Shown piece by piece: positions 1-10,114 of a stretch of 64,000 bases of DNA. The position numbers and the translations under genes were made by a program. Positions within the stretch are counted from its first letter, which is position 1, and every line of letters starts with the position of its first letter. Below the pieces are notes generated by a model, which searched no databases, had not been told where the DNA came from, and saw nothing but the letters and a program-made list of their open reading frames with translations. The stretch is from positions 50,046-114,045 of the forward strand of contig NZ_JAUNKC010000007.1 of the NCBI RefSeq assembly GCF_030532965.1. Reading direction: 5' to 3'. This DNA comes from Corynebacterium sp. Its GTDB lineage: Bacteria > Actinomycetota > Actinomycetes > Mycobacteriales > Mycobacteriaceae.

Positions 1-1
1 C

Positions 2-1000
2 ACGATCCTTGCCGTGAACGGCTCGGCGTTCGTTACCGCACCGCTGAACGTGTCTCCCGGCGCGCCGGCGTGGGTGCCGGGCAGCGGGTTCATTGGATTC
101 GCCACCGATTCTCCTGACAGCTCTCGTTCTGTCTTTGTGCGGGAAAACGTTGGTGCTTCCGGCTTGGGCACGGTGACTGTTCCGGCGGTGGCGTCGGAAA
201 GCATAGCTCAGGCTGAGGTTCGGCCCGGTCACCTGCCTGCAGATTTCGGCGCGAATGCGCTGGGGGTCGCTGGCTATGCCGCGCAGGAGCATGAGTTGGC
301 GGCTCGGTTGGCGAAGCTGGAAAGCGACATCAAAGATGCGAATCGGGAACGTGGTCAGGCGATTACGGTGGCGCGGCGGATTGAGTCGAACTTGCCGTAT
401 TTTCAGTCTCAGGTGGACAGGCGCAAGAAGATTGTGGGGTCGTTGACGACTGAGGCTGAGCGGCTGCGAGGGATCCTTTCGGAGCAGGATGAGCAGCGGG
501 TGGCGCTTTCTAATCAGCTTGCGGCTATTGAGGGCTTGTCGGCGGAGATGCAGGAGTACCTGGAGAAGAGCCGCGAGCTGCGGTTGGCGCAGGAGCAGTT
601 GTTGGTGTCGCCGACTCCGGAGGTGGCCGCCCAAGCGACCGCGCTTAGTAACCGGCTGGTTGAGCTTCAGGCGCGGTTGCACGATCACGTGACGCAGGTG
701 GATCGGTTGGGCAAGTCACAGGCGGATGTGGCGCTGCTGGTGGCGGAGCATGAGTCGTTGACTAGGCAGTTGTCGGAGGCGACGGCGGTTTTGGTGCGGT
801 TGCAGCAGCAGCGGCAGCAGGTTGCGTCGTTGTCGGCGGAGGTTGAGCAGTTGGCTCGTACTCGCGATGAGTTGCTGGAGTCTAATCGTCGACAAGCGGA
901 GCGGATTGCCCAGTCGAAGCCGCATTCGGTGTCGACGAAGATGGTGAATTTGTTGTGGCTATTGGTGCCACTTCTTGCCTTGTTATTGGCGTGGATTTAA
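2..1000 (+). CDS. 5'-truncated paralog of the next gene: remnant of an S1-protease domain C-terminus followed by a ~200-aa coiled-coil and a C-terminal TM anchor. The reading frame is open to the window edge.
   Basis: Frame open from nt 2. The N-terminus ...APAWVPGSGFIGFATDS aligns with GDSGGPTWVPGKGYIGQTLG of the 1012..2400 protein. Heptad-rich, Q/E/L/R-rich middle region. C-terminal hydrophobic tail LLWLLVPLLALLLAWI. Stop at 998-1000. Confidence 0.5.
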   Translation, partial: TILAVNGSAFVTAPLNVSPGAPAWVPGSGFIGFATDSPDSSRSVFVRENVGASGLGTVTVPAVASESIAQAEVRPGHLPADFGANALGVAGYAAQEHELAARLAKLESDIKDANRERGQAITVARRIESNLPYFQSQVDRRKKIVGSLTTEAERLRGILSEQDEQRVALSNQLAAIEGLSAEMQEYLEKSRELRLAQEQLLVSPTPEVAAQATALSNRLVELQARLHDHVTQVDRLGKSQADVALLVAEHESLTRQLSEATAVLVRLQQQRQQVASLSAEVEQLARTRDELLESNRRQAERIAQSKPHSVSTKMVNLLWLLVPLLALLLAWI

Positions 1001-1011
1001 AGGAGCGTGTG

Positions 1012-2400
1012 ATGCGATTTGTCATTGCTGTTGTTGTGGCGTTGAGCCTGGTGCGCGCGCCGTACGCCTTGGCGGTTAATCCTATTAATCAGGGTGACCC
1101 GATTTATTTGGGCAATAGTGTGTGCACTGCGGGGTTTATTGACCGGGAGAATAACCGGATTTGGACGGCGGGGCATTGCCATGATCATGGTGCCACTGTG
1201 ACTAATCGGTGGCGGCAGAAGGTCGGAACGTTGGTGTACCGGTGGAGTGATGTCGAAAGTAATTTGAATAAGGGGCTCACGGGTGCGGAATTGAATGAGG
1301 CGATTTTCCGCTTCTTCCCATACGATCTGGCTTACGTGGAGCTTAGTAATCCGGCGGCGGCGGGTCAGAATGGGTTTTCCGGCGATCGGGTGTACCGCCC
1401 GGAGGTTGGGGACACGATGTGCCGCTGGGGCGATACGACGAAGCAGATTACTTGCGGCCCGGTGCTGAAGCTGGATAGTCAGTTAATTTATGGCGGTAAT
1501 TTGTCGTCAAAGCCGGGCGATTCCGGCGGCCCGACCTGGGTGCCGGGCAAGGGATATATCGGCCAAACGTTGGGTATTCGTTCCGCTAAGCTTTACGACG
1601 GAACCGTGGCGGCCAGTGCGCTGGTACACCGGCATGATGTGGCGTTGAAGTTAGAGAAAACGGGCGTTACTCCGGATTTCCCGGAGATTGACGATATCCT
1701 GGCCAATCCGCCGAAGTATTACTCCGATAAGCTTGCAACATTCGGGGCGGAATTGCCGACTTCGGCGGAGATGTCGCGGCTTTTGAAGGAGCATGAGGCT
1801 AAAGAGCAGAAGCTGACGGAGAAGCTGGATCGTTCGACTGCGAATCTCTCGAAGGCAAATGAGCGGCGTGCTCGCGCTGCTGCCGAATTGGAGCAAGCGC
1901 AGGCCGATGCGGTTCGGTTGGCGGGTGAAGAGGGAAATCTGCGTACCGAGATTTCTGAGCTTACCGGTAAGATTTCCGATTCGTATTCCGAATTGGTGCG
2001 GCTTAACGACGAGCTGGCGAAGAACAATAAGCCACGTGAAACCGGCGAGCTTTTCGACGAGCATCAAAGCGAATACGACGCAACTGTGCTGCGTAACCGC
2101 AATCGTAACGCCGAGCTCCAAGCGGCAATCGATAAACAGCAGGAAGAATTGCAGAAATTGGGTACGGAGCTCGACAGTATCGACGGCCTGCACGATGCCA
2201 TCGCCCGGCTGAAGCGCGAAATTGCCGAGGCGCGAGAAATTGAGGCGCAACAAACGCTGCGCCTCAAGGAACTGGAGACTACAACCACCACTCCCCCACC
2301 GCCGCCGCCTGCGGCAATGAATACCGGGAAGATTTTTGCCGTTGTGTTGGCGATCATCGCAGCGATCGGCGGCGCGGTGGCGATGTTCTTCCGTCGTTAG
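1012..2400 (+). CDS. Secreted trypsin-like (S1 family) serine protease with a ~250-aa coiled-coil stalk, a TTTTPPPPPP linker and a C-terminal transmembrane anchor.
   Basis: SD AGGAG 6 nt upstream of ATG 1012. Signal peptide MRFVIAVVVALSLVRAPYALA. Catalytic motifs TAGHC and GDSGGP. Coiled-coil residues ~240-430. Poly-Pro then TM (IFAVVLAIIAAIGGAVAMFF) and an RR tail. Confidence 0.7.
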   Translation: MRFVIAVVVALSLVRAPYALAVNPINQGDPIYLGNSVCTAGFIDRENNRIWTAGHCHDHGATVTNRWRQKVGTLVYRWSDVESNLNKGLTGAELNEAIFRFFPYDLAYVELSNPAAAGQNGFSGDRVYRPEVGDTMCRWGDTTKQITCGPVLKLDSQLIYGGNLSSKPGDSGGPTWVPGKGYIGQTLGIRSAKLYDGTVAASALVHRHDVALKLEKTGVTPDFPEIDDILANPPKYYSDKLATFGAELPTSAEMSRLLKEHEAKEQKLTEKLDRSTANLSKANERRARAAAELEQAQADAVRLAGEEGNLRTEISELTGKISDSYSELVRLNDELAKNNKPRETGELFDEHQSEYDATVLRNRNRNAELQAAIDKQQEELQKLGTELDSIDGLHDAIARLKREIAEAREIEAQQTLRLKELETTTTTPPPPPPAAMNTGKIFAVVLAIIAAIGGAVAMFFRR

Positions 2401-3833
2401 TTGTGGGTTTGGATGTAGGTCACGTGGGTTTCGACGTATTCCATCAGTCCGTGCTTGCCGTCGGCACCGCCGATGCCGGAATTGCGTCGGCCCGCGTGGA
2501 AGCCCTGCATCGCCTCGAAGTTTTCCCTATTGATGTAGGTCTCGCCGTACTGTAGTTCGTTCGAAGCCTTCAGCGCTTTATTGATGTCATTGGTGAACAC
2601 GGAGCTGGTGAGGCCGTATTCCGAAGCGTTTGCGATGGCAATGGCTTCGTCTAGGTCTTTGACCTTTACAACTGGCAGCACCGGGCCGAAGATTTCTTCC
2701 TTCGCAATGGCCATGTCGCTTGTGGCGCCGGACAAAACGGTCGGCTGGTAGAAGTTGCCCTCGCCCTTGTCTGTGGCGCGGGCGCCACCGGTTTCGACGG
2801 AACAACCAGCGTCCACCGCGGCAGCGATCATCTCGTCGAGCTTATCCATGGCTTCGGGGTTGATCAGCGGTCCCATATCAAGATCGCCTGTTTCCGACGG
2901 GTTGCCGTAGCGGGTGTCCGCCATCTTGGCGATGAGCTTTTCCATCAGCGCATCGTGAACGGATTCTTCCACCAGGACCACTTCCGCACAGTTACACACT
3001 TGCCCGGTATTGATTACCCGTGAGTTCCAGATCGCGGTGGCGGCGAGCTCCAGGTCGGCGTCGGCAAGCACGATGGCGGGAGCCTTGCCGCCTAGTTCCA
3101 GATTGACCCGGGTGAGATTCTGCCCGGCTGCCTGCATGATGCGTTTGCCCACTTCGACGGATCCGGTCATGGAGATCAAGTCGATGTCAGGGTGGGTGGT
3201 CATCGCTTCACCGACGACGGAACCCCGGCCGCCTACCATGTTGAATACGCCTTTCGGCAGCCCTACTTCTTCCACGATTGAGCAGAATTCGAAGGCGTTG
3301 ATGGGGGTTTCTTCGCTTGGTTTGATCACGATGGTATTGCCGGTGAGCAGGGCGGGCGCCATCTTGCGGGCGATGAGGAAGAACGGGAAGTTCCATGGCA
3401 GGATTCCGCCCACCACACCAATTGGCTGGTAGGTGAGCATGATGGTTTCACCGGGCCGGTCAGAGGGGATGACTTCTCCTTCGATGCGGCGGGCAAACCC
3501 GGCCATGTAGTCGAGGTAGTCGGCGGTGAAGTTGACTTCTACTTCCGCCAATCCCCGGACTTTGCCTTGCTCTTCCACCAAATAGCCTGCGAACCTGTCG
3601 ACGTTTTCCCGCAGCTTTGCGGCAATCGCCACCAGGTATTCTGCCCGTTGGGTATTGGTCAGTTTGGCCCATTCTTTTTGCGCCGCACGAGCGGCTTTCA
3701 CTGCGGCGTCGACGGCGGCGGCATCCGAAGCAGGTGCCTGCGCTAACGCTTCGCCGGTGGCCGGGTTGGTGACGGTTTGGGTTGCTACCGCATCCACGAA
3801 AGCGCCATCGATGTAGTTTTGGTAGGTTTTCAT
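2397..3833 (-). CDS. NAD(P)-dependent aldehyde dehydrogenase. Likely lactaldehyde dehydrogenase of the fucose pathway.
   Basis: 478 aa. ALDH family hallmarks ELGGKAP and GQVCNCAEV (catalytic Cys). SD AAGGAGA upstream. Last gene of the fuc operon. Confidence 0.8.
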   Translation of the reverse strand: MKTYQNYIDGAFVDAVATQTVTNPATGEALAQAPASDAAAVDAAVKAARAAQKEWAKLTNTQRAEYLVAIAAKLRENVDRFAGYLVEEQGKVRGLAEVEVNFTADYLDYMAGFARRIEGEVIPSDRPGETIMLTYQPIGVVGGILPWNFPFFLIARKMAPALLTGNTIVIKPSEETPINAFEFCSIVEEVGLPKGVFNMVGGRGSVVGEAMTTHPDIDLISMTGSVEVGKRIMQAAGQNLTRVNLELGGKAPAIVLADADLELAATAIWNSRVINTGQVCNCAEVVLVEESVHDALMEKLIAKMADTRYGNPSETGDLDMGPLINPEAMDKLDEMIAAAVDAGCSVETGGARATDKGEGNFYQPTVLSGATSDMAIAKEEIFGPVLPVVKVKDLDEAIAIANASEYGLTSSVFTNDINKALKASNELQYGETYINRENFEAMQGFHAGRRNSGIGGADGKHGLMEYVETHVTYIQTHN

Positions 3834-3842
3834 TTGTTCTCC

Positions 3843-4835
3843 TTATTCTTTGTTGGTTGATTCCCGAACCACTAGCTCGGGAGTAAGAATGGTGTGGCTG
3901 GGTTGGTTGCCTTCCAGGATTCCGGTAAGCGCGGTGAGCGCCGCGGTACCTAACGCTGTGAAATCTTGGGTTACGGTGGTCAGGCTTGGGCAGCTCCACT
4001 CGCACATGGGTGAATCGTCGAAGCCGGTTACCATCACCTGTTCCGGAACGGTGATGGCGTGTTCGTGGAGCGCCCGGAGTACGCCGAAAGCAATATTGTC
4101 GTTACAGGCGACGATGGCATCCGGGGTGCCTGCGGCGATGATGGCGTTGGCTGCGTGGTACCCAGCTTTCGCCGACCACCCGCCGCCTTGAACAATCCGC
4201 CCTAACACGCCGCGTTCCCGGCAGTAGTTTTCGAAAACGGTGGCGCGGATTACCGCATCATCCCAACTCATATCGCCCGCTATATGGACAAGACTGGTAG
4301 CCCCCTGCTCGATCAGGTGGCTGACCAATAGCCGAATGCCGGTTTCCTGATCCACCGACACCACGGCGGTGTGCGCGGTAGCCGGTTGCCCAGTGAGCAC
4401 GAGGCAGATAGGCAATTGGGGTGCGTGTTTAGCCAGGGCGGATAGGACGTCGGCGGACCTGGCCAAGACGACGCACCCGGCTACCCGCTGGTCGACCAAT
4501 TGACCCAGCGCCATGCCGTAGCGGCTAGGTTCAGCCGCGGTGGCGACACACAGGTAATATCCTTGTTCCCGCGCCGCGTGTTCGACGGCGCGGAATGCAC
4601 TGGACATGCCGTAATCCACGTCCCCGGTAAGCAGGACCCCTAAGGCGCTGCTTTGGCCCGCCGCCAGGCTGCGGGCGGCGAGGTTGGGGCGGTATCCGAG
4701 GGTTTTAATGGCTTGGGTTACTTTCCGGCGGGTGGCGTCGCTTACCGCGGCGGACCCATTAACCACCCGCGACACGGTTTGTAACGATACGCCTGCCAGT
4801 TCAGCAACGTCAGACATTAATACCCGGTTGGACAT
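3843..4835 (-). CDS. LacI-family transcriptional regulator. Probable repressor of the fucose operon.
   Basis: N-terminal HTH MSDVAELAGVSLQTVSRVVNG. Periplasmic-binding-protein-like sugar-binding core. 4-nt gap from fucU. Confidence 0.85.
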   Translation of the reverse strand: MSNRVLMSDVAELAGVSLQTVSRVVNGSAAVSDATRRKVTQAIKTLGYRPNLAARSLAAGQSSALGVLLTGDVDYGMSSAFRAVEHAAREQGYYLCVATAAEPSRYGMALGQLVDQRVAGCVVLARSADVLSALAKHAPQLPICLVLTGQPATAHTAVVSVDQETGIRLLVSHLIEQGATSLVHIAGDMSWDDAVIRATVFENYCRERGVLGRIVQGGGWSAKAGYHAANAIIAAGTPDAIVACNDNIAFGVLRALHEHAITVPEQVMVTGFDDSPMCEWSCPSLTTVTQDFTALGTAALTALTGILEGNQPSHTILTPELVVRESTNKE

Positions 4836-4839
4836 TGGA

Positions 4840-5259
4840 TTACACTACCCCTTTTTTCAGAATGATATTCCCGTACAGTGCGGTTTCTCCGGTCATAACC
4901 ACCAGCGCGGCGGAGCGGGCTTGCTCATAGAAAGCAAAGCGTTCTACCTCTTCGCCGGTTGCGTCTTCGTCGTGCTGCGCGACGATCCTGCGGTATTCCG
5001 ACCAGATCGGCGGGGTTGGGTCGTCCCCGACGGTGGCCATGAGGAAATACTGGCTGGGATTGTAGTGGTCTAGCGGCATGAGGGTGCACATGGCGTCGAG
5101 AAGCTCCGGCACCCCGATGCCATCGGCGCGGATGACGGGAACGCCTAGACTGTGACCGGGGAAATTGGCGTCGGCAAGCACGATTTCGTCGCTGTGCCCC
5201 ATTTCCATGAGTTTTTTCACCAGTTCGGGGGAAAGGACTGGTGGAATGTGCTTGAGCAT
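4840..5259 (-). CDS. fucU: L-fucose mutarotase (FucU/RbsD family).
   Basis: 139 aa. MLKHIPPVLSPELVKKLMEMGHSDEIVLADANFP... and C-terminal FAFYEQA...YGNIILKKGVV match FucU. Confidence 0.8.
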   Translation of the reverse strand: MLKHIPPVLSPELVKKLMEMGHSDEIVLADANFPGHSLGVPVIRADGIGVPELLDAMCTLMPLDHYNPSQYFLMATVGDDPTPPIWSEYRRIVAQHDEDATGEEVERFAFYEQARSAALVVMTGETALYGNIILKKGVV

Positions 5260-5279
5260 CTAAATCACCTTTTCAGTAG

Positions 5280-5933
5280 CTAGCAAATGCCGTATTGGGC
5301 ACGCATTCCGATGAGTTTTTCCACCTCGTCCTCCGGTAATTGCCGATCCACCCCAAGTTGGCGGGTGAGGAACGTCAGCTTACAGGTAAATTCTAGGCGT
5401 TCCATCGCCTGGTAGGCACCAAGTAGGCTGTCGCCCCAGGCCAGTGCACCGTGCATCTCCATTAGGCAGGCGGAGTGGGAGTGGGTGAATGGCGCGATGG
5501 CCTCGGCAAGTTCATAGGTAGATGGGGTGGCGTAGGGCGCGACTGGGATTTCCGGCATGGCGATGATGTTCTCCGGCATCATTTTGGAAATGATCGGCTC
5601 GCCCGCGATGGCAAACGCCGTGCCATATGGTGGGTGGGCGTGCACCACCGACCGTACTTTTTCACTTTCCTGGTACAGCCGCAGGTGCACCTTGACTTCG
5701 GAGGACGGCTTATACGGCGCGTTGGCGGCCAGCACGTCGCCGTCGATACTGACTTTGCAGATTTTCTCCGGCGTGAGGCTTCCTTTGCTTACCCCGGTCG
5801 GGGTGCACAGCACGTCGCCGTTGGGAAGCCGCACCGAAATATTGCCGTCATTGGCGGCAACCATTCCGGTAAGCCACACTTTATAGCCGATGTCGCAGAT
5901 TTCTTGCCGGAGATCTTTTTCTATCTGGTCCAT
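5280..5933 (-). CDS. fucA: L-fuculose-1-phosphate aldolase (class II aldolase).
   Basis: 217 aa. Class II aldolase/adducin fold motifs (NDGNISVR, HAHPPY). Confidence 0.8.
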   Translation of the reverse strand: MDQIEKDLRQEICDIGYKVWLTGMVAANDGNISVRLPNGDVLCTPTGVSKGSLTPEKICKVSIDGDVLAANAPYKPSSEVKVHLRLYQESEKVRSVVHAHPPYGTAFAIAGEPIISKMMPENIIAMPEIPVAPYATPSTYELAEAIAPFTHSHSACLMEMHGALAWGDSLLGAYQAMERLEFTCKLTFLTRQLGVDRQLPEDEVEKLIGMRAQYGIC

Positions 5934-5935
5934 GA

Positions 5936-7327
5936 TTAGTCTTCCTTTCGCGAAGGCAAATAGGTGGTGGTATCCACGTGGCGCAGAAGCGCTGAACGTT
6001 CAATGCCGTGGATTTCCAATTGGGCGATCGCCGAGCCGGTGGCGGTGCCTTCCGCAGGGCCTGCGACAACTGGGATGCCGCATTCGTCGGCAGTGAGCTG
6101 GCATAACAAGGTGTTGTGCACTCCGCCGCCGATCATCCGCAGGCTGTCGAACGTGGTTCCGGTTACCTCTTCGAGGTGTCGCACCGTCGCCGCGTGGGTG
6201 CGGGCTAAGGAGGCAGTCACAACCCGCACAATCATGGCCTCACTGTCATGCTTTTCGACGCCCGCCGCCGCCAACTTCCCAGAGATTATCGCCGGATAAT
6301 CGCCCGGTACGGCAAAAACCGGATCGGTGGTGTCGATATACACCCCCGGGTCGGGGCAATGGGCAGCCTCTTTAGCCAGCAGCGCAATGTCGCTCGGTCG
6401 ACCTTGCTCGGCAAATACCCGGCAGCACTGTTGCAGAATCCACAATCCGGTCAGGTTGCGCAGTAACCGGATCTTGCCGTTGGTGCAAACCTCGTTGCTT
6501 AACCCGGCGCGGTAGGCGGAGCCGTCAAGCACCGGAGTATCACGCACACACCCAACGAGCGACCACGAGCCGCAGGACAAAAACCCCTGGGTTTCGGTAA
6601 GCCCCAGCCCATGCACCGCGCAAGCGGTATCATGCCCACCAGCGCGCACCACCGTGAAATTCTCCAGACCGGCGACTGTGACCGGCCCGATGTCGGTCAT
6701 TTCCGCGCTGAGGGGGCCGACGAGTGTCGGTGGGATTGCATACGCGGTGAATACGTCCTCAGCCCAGTTGGCACTGCCAGGCTGAGTGAGCGCGGTTGTT
6801 GAGGCGATGGTGGGCGACCACCCCATGACCCCGGTGAGACAAAAAGCCACATAGTCAGGCAATAGCAGCATTTTGTCTGCGGTTTCCAACCGGCCGTGCG
6901 CAAACAATTGGCGTGCGGTGGTGATGGTTTCCGGCTGCACACCAGTGAGGGCAAAGTGTTGTGCAGGGGCAAGTGCGGCTTCGGTCGCAGCTTGGGTGGT
7001 GTGGGTGCGTTCGTCCCGGTAACAAATAACTGGCGCTACGCGGTTACCTGCGGCGTCGACAAGCACGTAGTCAACACCCCAGGTGTCGATGGCGACAGTG
7101 GCTGGCAGACCACCGATCGCATCCTTGGCGTGGCGCAGTCCAGTAATTGTTTCGGCTACCAGGTGGTCAATATCCCATACCAGGTGGCCGCCCTCAGTGT
7201 GGGCGTGGTGGGCAAACCTGTGGACCTCTGTCATCTCGAGGGTGTCTCCCCCGGCCGAGCTGGCGACTACGACTCGGCCGGAGGATGATCCTAGATCCAC
7301 AACTACGGCGTAGCTGAGCGTATCCAT
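5936..7327 (-). CDS. fucK: FGGY-family sugar kinase of the rhamnulokinase/L-fuculokinase subfamily. L-fuculokinase by context.
   Basis: DLGSSSGRVV N-terminal actin-fold motif. IDTWGVDYVLVD and IGGGVHNTLLCQLTADECGIPVVAGP align with E. coli RhaB. Confidence 0.75.
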   Translation of the reverse strand: MDTLSYAVVVDLGSSSGRVVVASSAGGDTLEMTEVHRFAHHAHTEGGHLVWDIDHLVAETITGLRHAKDAIGGLPATVAIDTWGVDYVLVDAAGNRVAPVICYRDERTHTTQAATEAALAPAQHFALTGVQPETITTARQLFAHGRLETADKMLLLPDYVAFCLTGVMGWSPTIASTTALTQPGSANWAEDVFTAYAIPPTLVGPLSAEMTDIGPVTVAGLENFTVVRAGGHDTACAVHGLGLTETQGFLSCGSWSLVGCVRDTPVLDGSAYRAGLSNEVCTNGKIRLLRNLTGLWILQQCCRVFAEQGRPSDIALLAKEAAHCPDPGVYIDTTDPVFAVPGDYPAIISGKLAAAGVEKHDSEAMIVRVVTASLARTHAATVRHLEEVTGTTFDSLRMIGGGVHNTLLCQLTADECGIPVVAGPAEGTATGSAIAQLEIHGIERSALLRHVDTTTYLPSRKED

Positions 7328-9096
7328 CAGCCGTAGAGGGGTCCGTAGTTTGCGCAGGCGCGGAAGTCAGCGGATTCGGCATCCTGGGTGCCGTGCAGCC
7401 CCCAAGCACGCGGCCGGAAAATCCGGTCGGCTTCCACGTTGTGCATATTCACCGGGATGCGCAGCATCGCTGCCAGGGTGATCAGCTCGTGGCCGAAATG
7501 CCCGTATCCGATGGCGCCGTGGTTCGCTCCCCAATTGTCCATCACCGAATACACGCTGGTGAAGGCACCCTCGCCCGTGAGTCGCGGCGCGAAGAAAGTG
7601 GTGGGCCAGGTGGGGTCCGTGCGGTCAACGATGGCGGCGGTGGCGGCGTCGTCAAGCAAAACCGTGGTTCCCTCCACAATCTGCAACACCGGGCCTTGGC
7701 CCTTCACCAGATTCAACCGCGCCATGGTCACCGGCATACCACCCGGGGTGGTGAAGTGGGTGGAGAACCCGCCGCCCCGGAAGTACTCATGGGTGGCGGC
7801 GTGGAAGGTAGTAGCCTCCAAGCACGCGGTGATGTCCGCATCGGTCATTTCCCACCACGGCTTGATGGTTGGGTTTCCATCCGCATCGGTGGCACCACCT
7901 GAGGCATCAAGCGACGTGGAGCCGGAGTTCCGCAGATCCAAGAACCCCTGTGCCGCCAAGCCTTCCGGTTTGGTGCCGGTGACCCGTTCGATAGCCTCCG
8001 GCGACCAGTAGGTGCGCACATCGCTAAAGAGCTGAGTGCGGTTGGTCAGCAAGTGGTTAAACAGCATGCTGATGCCGTTGAGCACATCGTTTTCGGTGGC
8101 GAACGTCAGCGGCTGCCGCTTACCGTTCCAATCGAAGCTGGTGTTGAGAATCGTCTCCATGAAGTCGCCGTTAGGAAGGTGATCCGTCCACTGGCGTTGC
8201 CCCTGGAAACCGGCGCAGATGGCGTTATGGCCAGCGGCTTCCTCGACGAAACCCAACTCGGCAAGACGTGGGTTACCTACCATGAGGTCCTTGGCGATCA
8301 ACGCCATCTTGGTCACATAATCCCACTGCCGTTCCCGCTCGTCGTCAGAAATCTGGTTGTGCTTAGGGTTATGATCCTCCCCCTCGGTGATCCGCTCCCG
8401 CACCCACGCGCGAGCCTTGTCATATTCCTCACTATCGAATACCTTACGGTCGACCCGCCGCACCAGTTCGGTCATGTCGACGCTTTCGGTGCCCATGCCC
8501 AGGTAATCCTGCAGCATGTGCCGGTCAATAACCGAACCTGCGATACCCATGCAGGCGGAACCGATCTGCAAGTAATTACGTCCCTTCATGGTGCCAACCG
8601 CGATGCCGCACCGGGCGAACCGCAAAATCCGCTCCGCTACTTCCGCCGGGATGGTTTCGTCGTCAGCATCTTGCACATGCTCGCCGTAGATTCCGAAAGC
8701 CGGAACCCCGAACTGGGCGTATGCGGCCAGATTGGCGGCCAGGGTGACCGCGCCGGGACGTTCTGTGCCGTTGAAGCCCCAGATGGCGTGTGGGTAATTG
8801 GGGTTGAGATCCATCACTTCGGTGACGTAGCACCAGGATGGGGTGACGGTGAGCTCGGCGGCGATGGGGAGTTTGGCGAATTTTTCGGCGCACTGGGCGG
8901 CTTCCCCGGCGCGGCCGATGGTGGTGTCGGCGATAACGCAGGTTACTGGGGTGCCGTCTGCGTGGCGTAGATTGTCTTCGATGAGTTTGGCGGCTGCCGT
9001 GGCCATTGCCATGGTTTTTTCTTCCAAGGATTCGCGCACGCCTTGGCGACGGCCGTCAATGATGGGTCGGATTCCGATGACTGGATGTTGCGTCAT
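7327..9096 (-). CDS. fucI: L-fucose isomerase.
   Basis: 589 aa. Near-collinear identity to E. coli FucI ([39 protein letters not shown]-terminus). Confidence 0.9.
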   Translation of the reverse strand: MTQHPVIGIRPIIDGRRQGVRESLEEKTMAMATAAAKLIEDNLRHADGTPVTCVIADTTIGRAGEAAQCAEKFAKLPIAAELTVTPSWCYVTEVMDLNPNYPHAIWGFNGTERPGAVTLAANLAAYAQFGVPAFGIYGEHVQDADDETIPAEVAERILRFARCGIAVGTMKGRNYLQIGSACMGIAGSVIDRHMLQDYLGMGTESVDMTELVRRVDRKVFDSEEYDKARAWVRERITEGEDHNPKHNQISDDERERQWDYVTKMALIAKDLMVGNPRLAELGFVEEAAGHNAICAGFQGQRQWTDHLPNGDFMETILNTSFDWNGKRQPLTFATENDVLNGISMLFNHLLTNRTQLFSDVRTYWSPEAIERVTGTKPEGLAAQGFLDLRNSGSTSLDASGGATDADGNPTIKPWWEMTDADITACLEATTFHAATHEYFRGGGFSTHFTTPGGMPVTMARLNLVKGQGPVLQIVEGTTVLLDDAATAAIVDRTDPTWPTTFFAPRLTGEGAFTSVYSVMDNWGANHGAIGYGHFGHELITLAAMLRIPVNMHNVEADRIFRPRAWGLHGTQDAESADFRACANYGPLYG

Positions 9097-9105
9097 TGTT
9101 CTTCC

Positions 9106-10086
9106 TTACTTGTACAGCATGGTTTGGATGTCGGCGTCGTCGATATTGTTTTTGTCGTACCACGCAAAGTTGGTGGCGATATTCTTTTCGACGGTTTCGC
9201 CGCCTGCGGCGGCAAAGGCGGCCTTTACTGCCTGGTACCCGATGTCGACTGGGTCCTGGGTGACTGCGCCAGCGATGGTGCCATCTTTGATGAAGTTCAT
9301 CTGTGCTTCACCGGAGTCGAAACCGACGACGGTGACCTCACCTTTCTTTCCGGCTTCGGTGACGCCGAGGCCGATTCCGACAGCGGAGCCTTCGTTGCAG
9401 CCGTACATTGCTTTGATGCCGGAGTGTGCTTGCAGCATGGACTTGGTCAGGTCGGCGGATTTCTGGTGGTCACCGCCGCCGTATTGGATGTCGACGACTT
9501 TCAAGTTAGGGGCGTTCTTCTCCAGGTACTCGGTGAATCCGTCGCGGCGATCCTTGGCGGTGGTGGAGGTTTGGTCTTGGCAGACGACGCCCACTTCGCC
9601 GGTATCCCCCACGAGCTCCACCACGTGCTTGGCGGCTTCAGCGGCTGCCGCTTTGTTGTCGGTGGCGGCGGTTGCGACTGGGATGTCGGAGTCGACGCCG
9701 GAGTCAAATGCGACCACTGGGATGTTATCGCCCTGGGCGGTGGTCAGCAGCGGGATGGCGGCTTGGGAGTCGAGTGCTGCGAAAACCACGGCGATTGGTT
9801 TCTTCGACAGCGCGGTTTGCAGCTGTTGGATCTGCTTATCCACTTGGGTTTCATTGTCGGGGCCGTCGTAGGTGATGGTGGCGCCGACTTCTTCGGCCGC
9901 CTTCTCTGCGCCCTGCTTGACTGCCTGCCAGAATTGGTGCTGGTAGCCCTTGGATACCACCGCGATGTAGGGTTTGCCGTCTGACCCCGGTGACGGGGAG
10001 GAGGTTCCTGCTTGGTCGCCGGAGTTTCCGGAGCACGCGCTCAGCAGCGTGGCAGCGCCTAGGACGGCGAGGAGTTTCTTGTTCAT
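9106..10086 (-). CDS. Sugar ABC transporter substrate-binding lipoprotein (RbsB-like). Probable fucose-binding protein.
   Basis: Lipobox LLSACSG. Periplasmic_binding_protein type 1 fold. Located in the fuc operon. Confidence 0.8.
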   Translation of the reverse strand: MNKKLLAVLGAATLLSACSGNSGDQAGTSSPSPGSDGKPYIAVVSKGYQHQFWQAVKQGAEKAAEEVGATITYDGPDNETQVDKQIQQLQTALSKKPIAVVFAALDSQAAIPLLTTAQGDNIPVVAFDSGVDSDIPVATAATDNKAAAAEAAKHVVELVGDTGEVGVVCQDQTSTTAKDRRDGFTEYLEKNAPNLKVVDIQYGGGDHQKSADLTKSMLQAHSGIKAMYGCNEGSAVGIGLGVTEAGKKGEVTVVGFDSGEAQMNFIKDGTIAGAVTQDPVDIGYQAVKAAFAAAGGETVEKNIATNFAWYDKNNIDDADIQTMLYK

Positions 10087-10114
10087 GGTGCTAGTCCTTT
10101 CTTAAAAACTAGAG

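Noticed and set aside
8053-9984. Three long + strand ORFs (305, 342 and 313 aa) antisense to fucI and the SBP gene
   Set aside because: These are Gly/Val/Asp-rich shadow ORFs typical of the antisense strand of high-GC genes. They overlap confidently assigned FucI and SBP and have no SD or family resemblance.
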